This document shows, one piece after another, positions 34,301-47,198 of a DNA stretch of 64,000 nt; position 1 is the stretch's first letter, and every line of letters begins with the position of its first letter. The translations under genes were made by a program, and so were the position numbers. This stretch comes from Camelus dromedarius (lineage: Eukaryota). The notes under the pieces were generated by a model. That model was not told where the DNA came from and did no database searches. It saw only the letters and a program-made list of their open reading frames with translations. Location of the stretch: contig NC_087437.1 in assembly GCF_036321535.1 (NCBI RefSeq), forward strand, positions 62,498,001 to 62,562,000, in the 5' to 3' direction.

Positions 34301-37059
34301 CCAGACTCTCCCCTACCCCGAATCGAGGATGTGTGGGGTGAGGGCTGCCTGTCTGCACCACACAGCTCAGCCCCTGTCCCTCGTCCTTGGTCATGGCCCT
34401 GTGCTGTTCCGGGCCGGCTTGAACACTCCCGGTCCTGTTTGTACCACACAGCATAAAACGGATGACAAGCTCTGATGGGTTAGTATCTATTTTGCCCCTC
34501 ACTTTTTAAAGTAGAAGTTTGCCTCTACTCTGAGAGAGTGGGTTTCACAGCCCAGCGAGCTGTGAAGAGGTGTGTGTGGGGAGAATGTGTGGATGCTTGT
34601 ATGGCAAAGCCTGGGGGCAGCCCGCGTTATTTCCACTTACATTTTCTCTCTGAAACTGGCGCTTCGCTGTGCCTAAGTGCAGCAGGAGCTGGGAGACTTC
34701 ATTTAGCTGTGTGCCCAGGGGGAAAGGGGCAGGGGCTTCTTGCTATAGGCCAAGAGGGCAGCGGGTGTGATGCAGGACAGTGTTTTGGGAGGAGTGGGTG
34801 GGGCTGAGGGACCGATGTTCCCCCAGGACAGAAAGCAGGGTTGTGAGAGCTGGGAGCCTGGAGCCAGAGGAGACAGGCAGGCAGGGTGATTGCTCTCAGG
34901 GCTGGGGGAGAGGGGAGCCTGTTGGTGTGAAAGGGGGACACCTTGAGGTGATCTGGCCTTGGGCAGTCCAGGCTTCTATGAAACCAGAAGGACCAGGCAG
35001 GCAAGGCTGCCCTGTGGAAGCTGGAGTCCCGCAGGGATGAGAACAGGAGGCCTGTGGCACTTGGATCGTGGATGTAGGATGCGGCATGGGAGACTAGGGG
35101 AGCCTGGGCTGCGGTGGAGGGTCTTTGCCTCGGAGTGGACGTGGGAAAGGAATGAAGGGATCGAGAGGGCTGGAGGCAGGAATGGGAGGGCTGGAAGCAG
35201 GAACAGGAGGAAGGGAACAGATCAGGGGCTGGGAAGCAAGACCAACCCGACTGGACCTCCTGGGGAATTATGGTGGCAGGGAAAGTGGAGGACAAATAAT
35301 GTACATTCTCCTTTGAGCTGGGCAGAAAGTAAAACCATGAGCATCCACTCCAGCTCACAATGAAACACGGATCTCTGAGAGAACATCTCTTTGTGGTCAT
35401 GAGAGGAAACATCTCGGCCTGTTGCTGGTGCTTTGTAAGCATTTATTTGTCCGGTGCATTAAGGGAGCCAAGTGGAAGCTGACAGGGATTTCTCTATCCC
35501 CGGGGCAGGCAGCACATGTGGTGGTGTTGATGGTGCACAGATTTCAGTTTGTCATCACTTACCTTCTCCCCTCCCCCCCACCCCCAAATCCCCAAGGGCT
35601 CTGCTGAGCCAGGGCTGTAGCCTCACAGGGCAGCCAGCTCCCTGCCCCTGCCCGCTTCTCTGCTCCTTCAGTCCAGGGATCAGCCGCTGCTCCCTTTCCT
35701 GCTTGGGTTCATTCCTCTTTCCCCAAGGCCTGCAGTTTCTCAACTCTTCCACCCTGCTGTTTCAGAAACAAACAAAACCCCATCCTTTCTCCCAAATACC
35801 ACCCACATCTCTTTTGAGTTTTGGCCTTCCACAGCGGGCAGCGTGGCACACAGAGGACGTGCTGACTGGTGTGGTGCAGACGACAAGCCTGAGCGCGCTG
35901 GCCGCGGTGCCGGACAGCTGAGAGCCTGCCGAGCGCTGGCCTTGGCTGCAAGAGGGAGGTCTGATTGACAAAAATGTAGGGGAGTTAAGTGTTACATTGT
36001 TACAGCAAACAGTGGACCTCATTATATCCTCTCTGTAATAGGTGACTGAGGGAGCAGAGAGGGCCAGGTTGTAACAACTCCAAATGCTGGTGTTGTAAGA
36101 AAGAGTCATCAAAATTTGGAAGGCCTCTCTTTTCTTTCTTATTTTATTACCACTTAGTGACTAAAAGCTATGAAAGATGTTCCAAGTTCCTGTTCTGTTG
36201 CTTCTCTTGGTAATTTGCCTGCAGTGCAGTTACCCTTTGTGAGTCCGTTGATGACAGTGTTTCTGGAGACCATGGACAGACACCTCCATCATGAACTCTC
36301 TTCCAGCGTAGAGCGCTGTGAGCACCTGTGAACATTTGAGCTGCCCCATGAGACGCCCACCGTGAAACGAGTTTCCATTTTTCCATGTTGAGATGAAATC
36401 TCATACCTGTTTTTCTGCATCAGGTGGATGTTTATCCTCCAAGTTTGATAGGTGGCAGGAAGAGCTCAGCATCTAAGGCAGCAAGGAAGTAACGAAATTC
36501 AGTGGGTTGGAGTCTGGGCCGAGTTAGTTTCCTGCGGTGAGATTCAGCGATGACCCTGGGTGAGAAGGGGAGCAGATGAGGCAAAGAACATTGAACTTGG
36601 GTCCAGAAAGCTGAGGCCAGAGGAACTTAAACTTCTCAGGTGAACATATGCATGGACCTAGGCATGTGGGCCTCTGGTTCCTCATCTGTAGACATGATGG
36701 GCTGGTGCCAGGGATGCATCCAGGATCCCTTCCCCCTGGAACTTGCTGTATTCTGACACTGGCAGAGGCTCAGGTGTCCGGTCTCTGGGAGCTGAAGGCT
36801 CTTAGCACATGAGATTTCAAGACGTCACTCATGTGAGGAGGATTTTCTTAATCACAAGTCTTCCTTTCCTCCAAAGGTTTATCATTTGGAGTGTCTGTAT
36901 TCATTGAATTTGGAGCTTGGAAATGGAGGTATTGAGGCATTGTCTTTATTTATAGTGTTTGTGTACTTGGAAGGTCATAACGACCACAGTACATGCCCCT
37001 GGTCTTTGTGGTTTTGGTTTCCTCTCTTTAAATATGTATCTGTTCTTATTCAGAATTAA

Positions 37060-38875
37060 AATATCTAGAGAGGAACCCAGGGGAATAGAGGAGAAGCTCT
37101 TGGGCTTGTGGGGTCAACCCTCCCTGCTGGGTCGGCAGCGCTCTCTGTCCTTTCCTTGGGCAACCAGAGCTCGTACCAGAAATCAGTCATGGCTGTTTTC
37201 AGACTCCTTCATGAGAGACCTTCAACCCTTGAGGGGATCCTTCATAGATGTCGAGGTAGCTGCCTTACTCTCAAAAGGTTCTTCAGACCTGCCATACCCA
37301 GAGGTGCCTCAGCTGGTGTCTTTGAGGCCCTAAAGCTCTGGGACAATGACAGGACTCAGTATGTAGGTAAAGGTATCTCACAGGCTGTCGAGCATGTCAG
37401 TGAAACCACTGGGGCTGCCCGGAGGAGTAAGAAGGTTGACAAACAGGATAGAGAAGGATGGCTCTGAGCCTAAGTCTGAATTTGGTATGAGTGCTGTCAT
37501 AGGCTGTCCCTTACTGCCATTGAAGCTGGAGCTGTGGAGAAGGGGGCTCCCTGTGCTGTCACCTTGCTGACGTGGTTGGCACTTCTGAAGTCATCCTGCA
37601 AGGTGCAGTTTTAATGTGGTCAGTGGTAGTTCTCATGCTGGCAACCAGGTGACAGGAGTTCATGGTCTTCCGTGCTGGTCCATCAAATGTCAACGAAGCC
37701 ACATGCATTGGAGTGGAGGTTTGCCACAACCTTGAAGAATGTTACTAAGGAGAAATAAGGGAAAGCTGCTACCAACGAGAGGAATGCAGAGGGCTTTGCC
37801 CCTAACATCCTTGGGAGCAAAGAAGCCCCAGAGTACTGTCAGGAAAGCCAGCTATGCCAACAAGGTTGTCACTGGCACTGTTTGGCTGCCTCTGAGTTCT
37901 TCAGGTTTGGGAAGTATGACCTGGACTTGAAGTCTCCTGATGAGCCTGGCGGGTACATCTTCCCGGACCAGGAGGAGGCCCTGAAGTCCTCCCTCAGGGA
38001 CTGGGAGCGTCTATCAAAAACAGCCTTTGAGCAGGATGACTGGGAAGCTTGGATGAAGTTCATTGCTGGTGCAGGTATCCAGGCATTAGGGGATGATCTT
38101 GAGGAAGCGAATGGCTGATGCTGTGGATGAGGAATCATGCAGCTGCCTCCCAATTTAGGTGAAGCAGATTGGCTCTGTGACCTGGTCTATTCCGGAATGC
38201 AAGTTGCTCCAAACCATCGGGTAGGGTGCTGGGGGTTCCCACTGCTCTGGGGAGACTAAAGATTCTTTCCTTGACAGCCTGGTGGTGGGGATATGCACTG
38301 GTCTGGTCAAAACAGGTGCACTTTGACAATCAGAACTGGGTGGAGGACAGCCAGCTCCTCAGAACTGGAGGAGCTGGCAGCAAGGCCTGGTGTGCCGGCA
38401 AGAAGTTCAGAAATCCTCTAGCCAAGTAAGCTCTGAGCAGATGAGCCCCTGAGCCCTTTCAGCTCCCAACAGCTAATTTAGCCTCTGCTTCAGAGTTTAG
38501 GACGGCAGACTGATATCTGTAGGGCCCTTAGGAAGTTAACTCTCCTTTCCCACATCTCTGTGTTGTCTTTTTTTTTTTTTTTTTTTTTTTTTTACTGCTT
38601 TATTAGAATTATTATATCAGAGCCAACCTTGGTCATTTGGAACCCAGTTTAGAAACTCTGGCCTTGAAATCTTGTAGTTTCAAGAATAATTATTTTAAGC
38701 TGGCGTAATCACTTTTCCCACCTTGCTCCACATGTCTGTGGAGCCACTTCTTCCGCCTACAGTGCCCTGCTAGAGGTTGTTGACAGGCAAGATCTCCTGC
38801 CATGTCAAGGGTTCAACACATAAAATAAAATTTTAAAAAAGAGTTTTAGTTATAAATAAGCAAACAAACAAAATC
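37060..38875 (+). pseudogene. Processed pseudogene of alpha-enolase (ENO1); CDS remnant 37189-38429 with UTR remnants
   Basis: Intronless, frameshifted enolase-like segments: GASAGVFEALKLWDNDRTQYVGKGISQAVEH, AASEFFRFGKYDLDLKSPD, FEQDDWEAWMKFIAGAGIQALGDDL. The C-terminus FRNPLAK* is diagnostic of ENO1 rather than ENO2 or ENO3. AATAAA at 38824-38829 and an A-rich tail follow. Confidence 0.93.
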
Positions 38876-40230
38876 ACAGGAGCCCAGAGCAACACATCTG
38901 TTTTTACTTATTTAAAAATACTGCGAAGTCTTCTTGACTTCCTGCTCTTGAATCTTGCAAAGGCCCTAATGGGCACTGGCTAGTCTTGGGGCAAACTAGA
39001 CACAATGAAGGGGGGTCCTTCTGCGTGTTTGTGCCTCTGCGGTCAGGGGATGCTTGAGGCTTTTTGGCAAAGTGTTTTGGGTAGGGGGGCAGGAGGAGGG
39101 GGAGGAAGAGAGCATCTGACTCCTCCAGCCAGCACTCCGGTCTGGCACTAGCATCTAGCCAGCTAGAAAGGTAATTTGTTTTCTCCATCCAGCACTGAGA
39201 GGGTTTGCTTTGCCATTGAAAACTCCCTTCCTGGAAAATGATCAATGCTTACAGGTATCATACTTGATATAACAAAGTATATAATTTCATTTTCAAGTAA
39301 ATGGCCCAAACTCCTTGTGTACCAAATTAGGGTGGGTCGTCCTGAAGCCCAGCCTTCTCCTAAATCCAATTTAAGACAGGTTCTTCTTATCAATGTAGCT
39401 TTATTGTTTAAACAACAGTAAAGATTAAAAAGAAAAATATCATTTTATTCCCTCTTCCCTAATACCTCATCCATCTTCATTTAAAATTTTTCTTTTGAAC
39501 CTGCAGATACAATTCTATTTTCTGATTTTTTTCCTCTAGTATAAATGTTTAGAAATTTCTGCTTAGTCTTCATAATTATGTATAATGGCTGTATCATCTA
39601 CTGAGGTGATATCCTTTTTTTTTTTTTTAAGGATTTAGGGATTTGGCTTACAAGTGTATGATTGTGCTGTTCTAAGGAACATGCAGTATATATCTTCTTA
39701 CAAAGTTTTGCATTCCTTTTGATAATTTTCTTGTGATAAATTCCTAAGAGGAGACTGTGGAGTCAGGGGTACAATGTATGTCACCACATTACTCTCCAGA
39801 ATAGTTGTGGCTGCTTGGTGGATGAGGGAGCAGCACAGAAGTTAATTCTTCATTGAGTGACGACTGCTCAGCCACTTATAAGGCATCTTTCACAGACTTT
39901 TAGTTTTGCAGCTTTTGCAGCTCAGTTACTTTCTTCTGCTAATCATGTAGACAGGGACATTTTTAAAGGGAGCATTTTGACCATTAAAATAACAACGAAA
40001 CTAAACATTTTTATTATGCGTTTACAACTTGACGAAGTACTTTCAGTCTAGCCACTCAGTCCTCGTGCTGCGTGGTGAGGCATTTGGGGTGGGGAATATT
40101 GTTTTCTCCCTTTTTAGGAGGTGGAATGTGGAGGGTTTAAGGTCGAGGGATGTTGAGGAGTCCACAGCCTGAGGTGTTCTGAGATGCCCTGGCCGCCTCC
40201 CACCCTCTTCCCCTGTCTCTGTGCCTCCAG

Positions 40231-40435
40231 GACTTCGGCAGCCTGCGGTCGGTCACCTCCCGCTGTGATCTGAGGGCCAACCTGGTCAGGAACGGCTGTG
40301 GTGGCGAGTTCGAGAGCCCAGTCAGCAGCACCCAGGTCCTGCGGAGCCAGCCTCTCAGCAGCAAGGGCTCCAGCCCCGCGGGGTCCGATGTCATCCAGAT
40401 GACGCCGCAGGAGGTCACGGTGAACCTGCGGCCTG
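40231..40435 (+). CDS. ITGB5: Integrin beta-5 exon 3 (PSI/hybrid)
   Basis: Pyrimidine tract plus ccAG; GTGAGT donor. Encodes [68 protein letters not shown](G); 205 nt. Missing from the ORF track because it has no start codon. Confidence 0.97.
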
Positions 40436-40567
40436 GTGAGTGCCCTCGGGGTGTACCCGCTCCTGCTGGGAGGATGAGCCGGGAGGGGAGAGCGCAATGG
40501 CACAGTGTCCCCAGACCCCAGGATGCAGGCTCCAAGGCCTTTGTAGACGGATGGAATATCTCTGCTA

Positions 40568-41047
40568 TTTTTTAAAATTGTGTTGAAATATGTGCAACAT
40601 ACAATTATCCACTGTAACCATTTTTAAGTGTGTAGTTCATTGGCATTAAGTATACTCACAATGTTGTATAACTATCACCACTATCCGTTTGCAGAAATTT
40701 ATTATCCCAGAGTGAAACTCTGGACCCACTGAACACTAACTCCTCACTCCCTCTCCACCCGCAGCCCTGGCAACCACCTTTCCACCTTCTGTCTCTGTGA
40801 GCTTGATTACTCGAGGTACCTGCGTCAGATAAGTGCACTCACACATGTATTTGTCCTTTTGTGACTGGCTTGTTTCACTGAGCATAATGTCCTCCAGGTT
40901 CCTCCATGTTGTGGTGGGAGTCACAATTCCCTTCCTTTTCAAGCTGCATAGTGCTCCGTTGTGTGTAAGGGTACATTTTGTTTATCCATTCATCATCCAC
41001 TGAGGGACTCGAGTTGTTTCCACCTTTCAACTATTGTGAATAATGTT
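40568..41047 (-). mobile_element. Old LINE-1 3' end (L1MB-like)
   Basis: cacaatgttgtataactatcacc...gtgactggcttgtttcactgagcataatgtcctccaggttc...ttgtgaataatg. Confidence 0.85.
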
Positions 41048-43849
41048 CTTGTTTTTTAGGGGAGAATGCTGGTATAAGTTTACTCCCTAGCTAATACAAG
41101 TTTCTCAGGAAACATGCTGCTTCCAGGAGAAAGTATTTTTTTCCCTGTTAGCAAATCCCATTTTAATGGGTGGTGTTCTACTCTTCAGAGTAGAGATTTT
41201 TTTTTATGACCCTGGGGCCTCAGCCAGCCCTGGAGTTGATTGTGATATAAGGGAACAGTTTCTGCGTGCCTACTATGTGCTAAATACTTGACCTACCCAA
41301 AGACAGCTGATAGAGTTTTACACCTGAGGAGCCACGTGCCCAAGGTCTCCCAGTTAGCGGGAACCTGACTCAGTCATAGGTCTTTGTGACAGTGCAGCTC
41401 ATGGTTGTTTCGTGTGCACCACTTTTGTCATCTCACATCTACATGTTAGGCTCCTTGCGATGTCAAGGAGGATGTGAATGTGGCCAAATTGGAAAGCATC
41501 ACATTGTTGAGAGAAGACAGCTTTTCCCCTCAAAGCCCGTTGATTTTTAGCCTTGTCTTTCTCACTGTCTAGGAAACCCCTGGCAATAACGATTTCCAGG
41601 TGGTTTATTCAGACTTCAGGGCGACTGGGCCAGTGGAAAGATGAGGGATCTGGTTGGCCATCCTGGGTTCTAGTTCTGGCTGTGGCCCTAGCTTGGGGGC
41701 CCGGGGCGAGCTGCTCCTCCCTTTAGCACCTGAGAGTCTTCGTCACCCTCAGTCCTCAGGCCATGCTCAGAGGCTTAAGCGATACTTCTTGTAAAAATGC
41801 ACTTTAAGAATATTTAGTTACTGTTTTCAAAGAGTAATGGCCAAAGATGCCGATTTGGAGTCAGCCACATCTAGATTTGGACAGAGAGTCTGCTGTCTCA
41901 GAAATGGGTCCAGCTCAGCCCTGTCCATCATGAGCATTCAGTAATGCTTCTTGTTGTTGTTGTTAGGCAGAACTCTGAGTTACTGTGTGTTTGAGAACTG
42001 TTTTATCTTGCCTGTTGAATTATCCTGGAAATGAGAAACAAAAGAGGGCGTAAGTGGCCCGGCTGCGTAGAGCAGCATGAACTGCTGGACGTCTCAGGGA
42101 CCAGTGCTGGGATGAGTTGAAGTTACTGTTTCCACAAGTCATCTCACTGGAAGGCATGCTTAGCCTTTCGCTGAGTGACATACGGTGTTGAGAGCGAGAA
42201 GCGAGCCCTTACAGAGCTGTGCGCGTGGGTAGAAAAGAGGTGGCTGAGTCTCTGGGGGCAGATGTTCGGTGGTGTCCTCTGGGGAAAGATGAACTCTCAT
42301 CATGAGGAGTCAGGCTCAGGGTCAAGGGCTCTGACCTGGAAGGGGATGTAGGAGTTGTACACTATTAAGGTACCAGAACACAGTGTAGGATAGAAGTGGT
42401 TACTGACTAAGAGAAATGGTGTATTTTCCTTTTTATCATAGTAACACTATAATGGTGACTTCAAGAGAATTCTTGAAAAATCATCCACTTTAACACAGTA
42501 TTATCTTTCGTTTTCACTAGATCTTCTGTCTTTATTCATGTGTTCATATTTTTCGTATACTTATAATGTATTTATTATTGTGTACTGTTTTCACTCAATA
42601 ACTTTTGAAAACAAGGACTGAAATCCACACCTCCGAAAGTTCATAGTTTGAGGGTTGTCATCACAGGAGGTTTTTAACTTTTATTTTGAAATTCCTCATC
42701 TAGAGTTGCTCTCAGAGCCTGTGGTGCTTCCTCCAAGAAATAACCTTGATGGTGGCAAATCCTCATTCTTTATGATGGATTTCATTTAGGGAAGAGTTGG
42801 CAGTCACACAAAGCCAGAGATGTCACAGTTTTAATTCTGGTTTTTAAAATCAGACTTAAGGTGTCACTCTGAGGCAGAGAGACTATTGTTTGGTTTGACT
42901 TTGACTTACCAACTGGGTTTTGAAACAGACCCCAGAAAGAATTTCAGGAAGTGATTTGAGTGAGGGCAGCCTCCTTGGGCAAAGTTCTCCTGGCATTAAA
43001 TTTATGCACAATGCCTGTTTATATATAAAGCTCAGAGTGTGCTCAATTAAAGAAAAAGGAAGCCTTATTTGGTATAGTCACATCTCTTGCTAAGCATTAT
43101 GATTCAGTATCCAGTATTGGAAATAACATGGGAAATGTGATCCTTTGTTTGTACAAAGTCATGGCGCTGTGTGTAGCTCTGGTCCTGTGGAAGGTGTAGT
43201 GGTGGAGAGCCCATTGTGGAGGTCAAGGTGATGGAGGGGCTGGCTGCCCTGTGAAGACACAGCCAAGCTGTGAGGATGTTTCAGTCTGTAAAGATGAAGA
43301 CTAGGAGAAGATATGAAAAATACGAATTCCTAGAGCTCTGGAACCTTCTGAACATATTTCTCAAATATGAAAACCCTTGAAGCCAATGGTGCCTCTTAAA
43401 CTTTTGAAAATTTCATTATTTATAAAGATAACTACAGGCAAAGCCCAGATATTTATTTATTTAGGGGAGGGAGGAATGGTGTGTCACAGCCAGCAACATT
43501 TCCAGTTCACCAAGTGCATACTTACCTCAGGTGGATGCCCCCCTGACTCTGGGGAAGGCGGTCAGGTATGTAATGGTTGGTTTCTCCATTACATATTTTT
43601 AGAAATGCTTTTGTGTTTCCTCCTTTGCCCTGCTCCCTGCCCCTCCTCCATCCCACACCTCGTAATAGATATTTGCTGAGTGAAATGTAGAACTTTACCA
43701 GCCTTATACGGGACAAGTCAAGGACAAGTCTCAGAATAATATGTGAAGTACTTCACCAAGGCAAGGTTATTGTTCCAGAACAAGCCTGGAGGAAAAGAAA
43801 ACAGAAAGAAAAAGTTTCCTCTACTTTAAGCATGATTTTTTGTTTTGTT

Positions 43850-44421
43850 TTTTAAAAATTGAGATATAATTCACATACCATGAAATTCACCATTTTAAAG
43901 TATACAATTCAGTGGACTGTAGTCTATTTGCAAGGTTGTACGGCATCACCACTGTCTAATTCCAGAACATTTTCATCACCCCCTAAAGACATCCTCTACT
44001 CATTCATTATTAGTCCTTATCCTCTCCCTCCCCAGCACATTCAGCCACTAATCTATTTTATGTCACTGTGGTTTTGCTTATTCTGGACATTTCATTTAAA
44101 TCATATAATATGTGGTCTTTTACGTCTGGCTTCTTTCACTTAGCAAAATATTTTCCAGGTGCATTGGTGTTGCAGCATGTATCAGGACTTCCTCTTTATG
44201 GCCAGATACTATTCCGTGGTGTAGGTATAGATATACCACATTTTAGCTGATGAATATTTGGCTGTTTCCACCTTGGAACAGTTATGAATAATGTTGCTGG
44301 GAAGGTTTCTGTCCACGTTTCTGTGTGGACATATGTTTTCAGTAATCATGAGTAGATAGCTAGGAGTGGAATTGTTGGGTCATGTGGTAATTCCATGTTT
44401 AGCTTTTTGAGGAACTGCCAG
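43850..44421 (-). mobile_element. Old LINE-1 3' end (L1MB/MC-like)
   Basis: ttgagatataattcacataccatgaaattcacc...tttttgaggaactgccag. Confidence 0.85.
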
Positions 44422-45034
44422 ATTTTAAGCAGGCTTTTGTATAAACACAGGCTCATGTTTTCCATTTTGTTTCCAATCCTGGAAACTGTATGTCAGGATA
44501 ACAATCTTAAAAAAACTTTAACAAAGGACATAAAATTCTTAAGAAAGGGCATAAACTTTAGAATAAAGCATGTTGAAATGGTGAAAAGCTGGAGGTGGAG
44601 CAATTAGGAAGGGTTTACTTAAGTCTTTATTTGCCTTAATCCCTTAGCTTCTTAAAAAATGACCTTTGATTAGTAGCTTTAAAATTTTTTTAACTTTTTA
44701 TTTTGAAATAATTTTCGAGTCACAAGAAGTTGCAAAAATAACAGAGAGTTCCTGTGTACCCTTCTCAGCTTTTCCCAATGATAACATGTTATATAACCAG
44801 AGTGTGTTACCAAAGCCGGGAAACTGACCAGGGTACCATACTGTTAACTAAACTATGGGGGATTGGTTGCTTTTGATACAGGTTTCCTGCCAGCCCCTGT
44901 CTATGCTGCTGTTTCCCCTTCTCCCATGTTCTGCTTTGTGGAGGTGCCAGGTGCCTGACTTTGGTATCGCTTCTGCTCCCCAGACTGACATTGCACACGC
45001 TTCAGAAGACTTGATGATGGGTGGATAAGTGTTT

Positions 45035-45499
45035 TGCTGTGGACTGAATGTTTGTATCTCTCTAACATTCATATGTTGAAATCCTAACCCTCAGTGTGAT
45101 GGTATTAGGAAGTGAAGTTGGGCCTTTAAGCGCTGATTAGGACAAGGGATGGATCCCTCGTGAATGGAATTTGTGCTAGGAAAAAAAAAATAACAAACCA
45201 AAACCAAAATCCTCACAAGATCCTGAGAGCCCTTCCCCCTTCAGTCTTATGAGGACAGAGCAAGAAGTCAGCTGTCTGCAACATGGAAGAGGGCTCTCTC
45301 CAGAACCCCACCCCACTGGCCTGATCTTGGACTTCCAGCATTTATGGAAAGACATTTCTTTCTTTCCTTTTTTTTTTTTTTATTGAATTATAGTCAGTTT
45401 ACAATGTTGTGTCAATTTCTGGTTTACAGCGAAATTTCTGTTGTTTATAAGCCGCTTAGTCCACAGTACTTGTTACAGGGGCCCGAACTGACTAAGATG
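45035..45499 (+). mobile_element. MaLR LTR (MST/MLT1A-like) interrupted by a ~70-bp L1 3' fragment at ~45360-45430
   Basis: Starts tgctgtggactgaatgtttgt...atgttgaaatcctaaccc and ends aaatttctgttgtttataagcc...gactaaga. The inserted poly-T plus ttattgaattatagtcagtttacaatgttgtgtcaatttctgg resembles the young L1 end at 49862. Confidence 0.75.
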
Positions 45500-46768
45500 A
45501 GATTATTTGCAGGGAAACTAGGAATGCCGAGCCCTGTAAAGGCCAACCACGTCTTCAGATGGCTCTGTCTGTCCAGGGTCAGAGTTCCGAGGTGGGGGTG
45601 GGGTGGGGTGCAGCACAGCCGCCTTGTTCTGGCCCAGTGAGGCTATTCTTTGGTTCTGGGTCTGGATTTAATTCTGAGTACTGATTACCTTCTGCTGCAG
45701 TGAACAGAAGAACTGGATGATAGTCTTAGGAGGTGTGTACTAGGACCCTAATTCCCTGTTCAGCTGTTGTCCATTTATAATACCGCTGATTTTAATGTTT
45801 CCATTCTTTTAATTTCTAGCTCAGAAATGTAATTCTAGAGAATCAAAAATTACTTAGATTGGGGATAGTCAGAGTCTTTTATCTGTTGAGGTATTACTTT
45901 ATCTTAATGGTTGAACAAAAATCAGTCTTAAAAAAACCAAAAGTTTTTGCTGAAATTCTCTACCTTCGTTCTCCAGGAATGTTTGTCATGTGATATATGT
46001 CCCTAAGGACAAAAGCTAATTTTCGCTTTTTATTGAAGGCAAGACAGAGAGGTGAAAGCTTTAAAAATACATTTCAGAGGGAATGCTAGTTGATACTTGA
46101 TTATGGTGGGAAACCTATGCTTATGAGCCAAGCAGTGGCAGGAATTCTGTGCAAAATACAGTTGGAGCTGGGTGCTTTGGAAACAGGAAAAACCAGAAGG
46201 CTATGGGAGGGGCTGCCTACAGGAGTAGCTTCCTTCTCACAGGTGCCAGGTGATCAGCTTGTCTTTGGGGCTTGCTTTATCCTGCTTCTCTAATCTTCTG
46301 CTGGCCCTGAGGTGGGGATTACGTGGAATGGCTGCAGAGAGGAGGGGTGCAGCCGCACGGGGAGATGAGCTTATAGGGGTCTTACGTGGAGAGGGAGGAA
46401 GGGGACATGTGGGCTGGGCTGAGCTGATGTCACCAGAGACAGGCACCCACAGGGAAGGTGAGCCTGGCTCTCACTCTGCTGGCCACATGGGAGGTGGTGA
46501 CTCTATAGGTGGTGCAGAACTGGGTGGCTGGATGTATTGTCGAGTGCTTCCAAGTGTGTGTGGTTCTGGAAGTGTACCCAAAGGTGGAAAATGTACCCAG
46601 ACCCTCTCCTGGCAGAGGTGCCCCCAGCCTGCAGCAGCGGCTTCACCTTCAGTCAGCTAACCACGGAGCCTCCCTCTCTGGGGAGTTGGGGCACCATAGC
46701 TTAACTCCCACTCGCAGGGCCACACTGAGAACTGGTCCAGAAATGTCAGTCCCTCCAAAACCTGCTGA

Positions 46769-47198
46769 TGTTCCCGAGGCAAAGCTTGTACTGCAAACCA
46801 CACGACAGGTCAGTAAATTGAGAGATGAGTTGTTGAGGCAAGCAACAGTGACTTTATTTGGAAAGCCAGCAGACTGAGAAGATGGTGGCCTAGTGTCCCA
46901 AAGAACCATCTTCCCTGAGAATTCAGGCTTCTTTTATACTAAAAAGAGAGGAGGGGAAGTCCTGGTTCCCACCAGACTCTCGAGGGGATGTGTTAATTTC
47001 TTCCTTCCTGGAGCCATTCACAGGTGGGCTGTTCAGGATGGTTCCTATGAGCTAAACAGAGGTATTTTAGCTTAGAGCTCGCTCGTTAGCTTGGAGGCAG
47101 GTTCCCGGCGGTGGGCCATTATGTACAATGTAAGCTCATAGGCAACATCCCTTTAGTGATTAACCTGTCATGGAATGCAGAGGTTCTTCCCTGTTACA
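46769..47198 (-). mobile_element. ERV1-type solo LTR
   Basis: TG...CA termini with a perfect 4-bp TSD CTGA (46765-46768 and 47199-47202); AATAAA and a TATA-like motif on the minus strand; related to the LTR at 9005. Confidence 0.88.

Noticed and set aside
37189..38429. Functional enolase retrogene
   Set aside because: Multiple frameshifts, stops and deletions; the homology is split across several short frames.
37058..38890. TSD for the ENO1 retrocopy (aggaacccag / aggagcccag)
   Set aside because: The left copy appears to fall within 5' UTR-like sequence and the match is short, so it cannot be supported.
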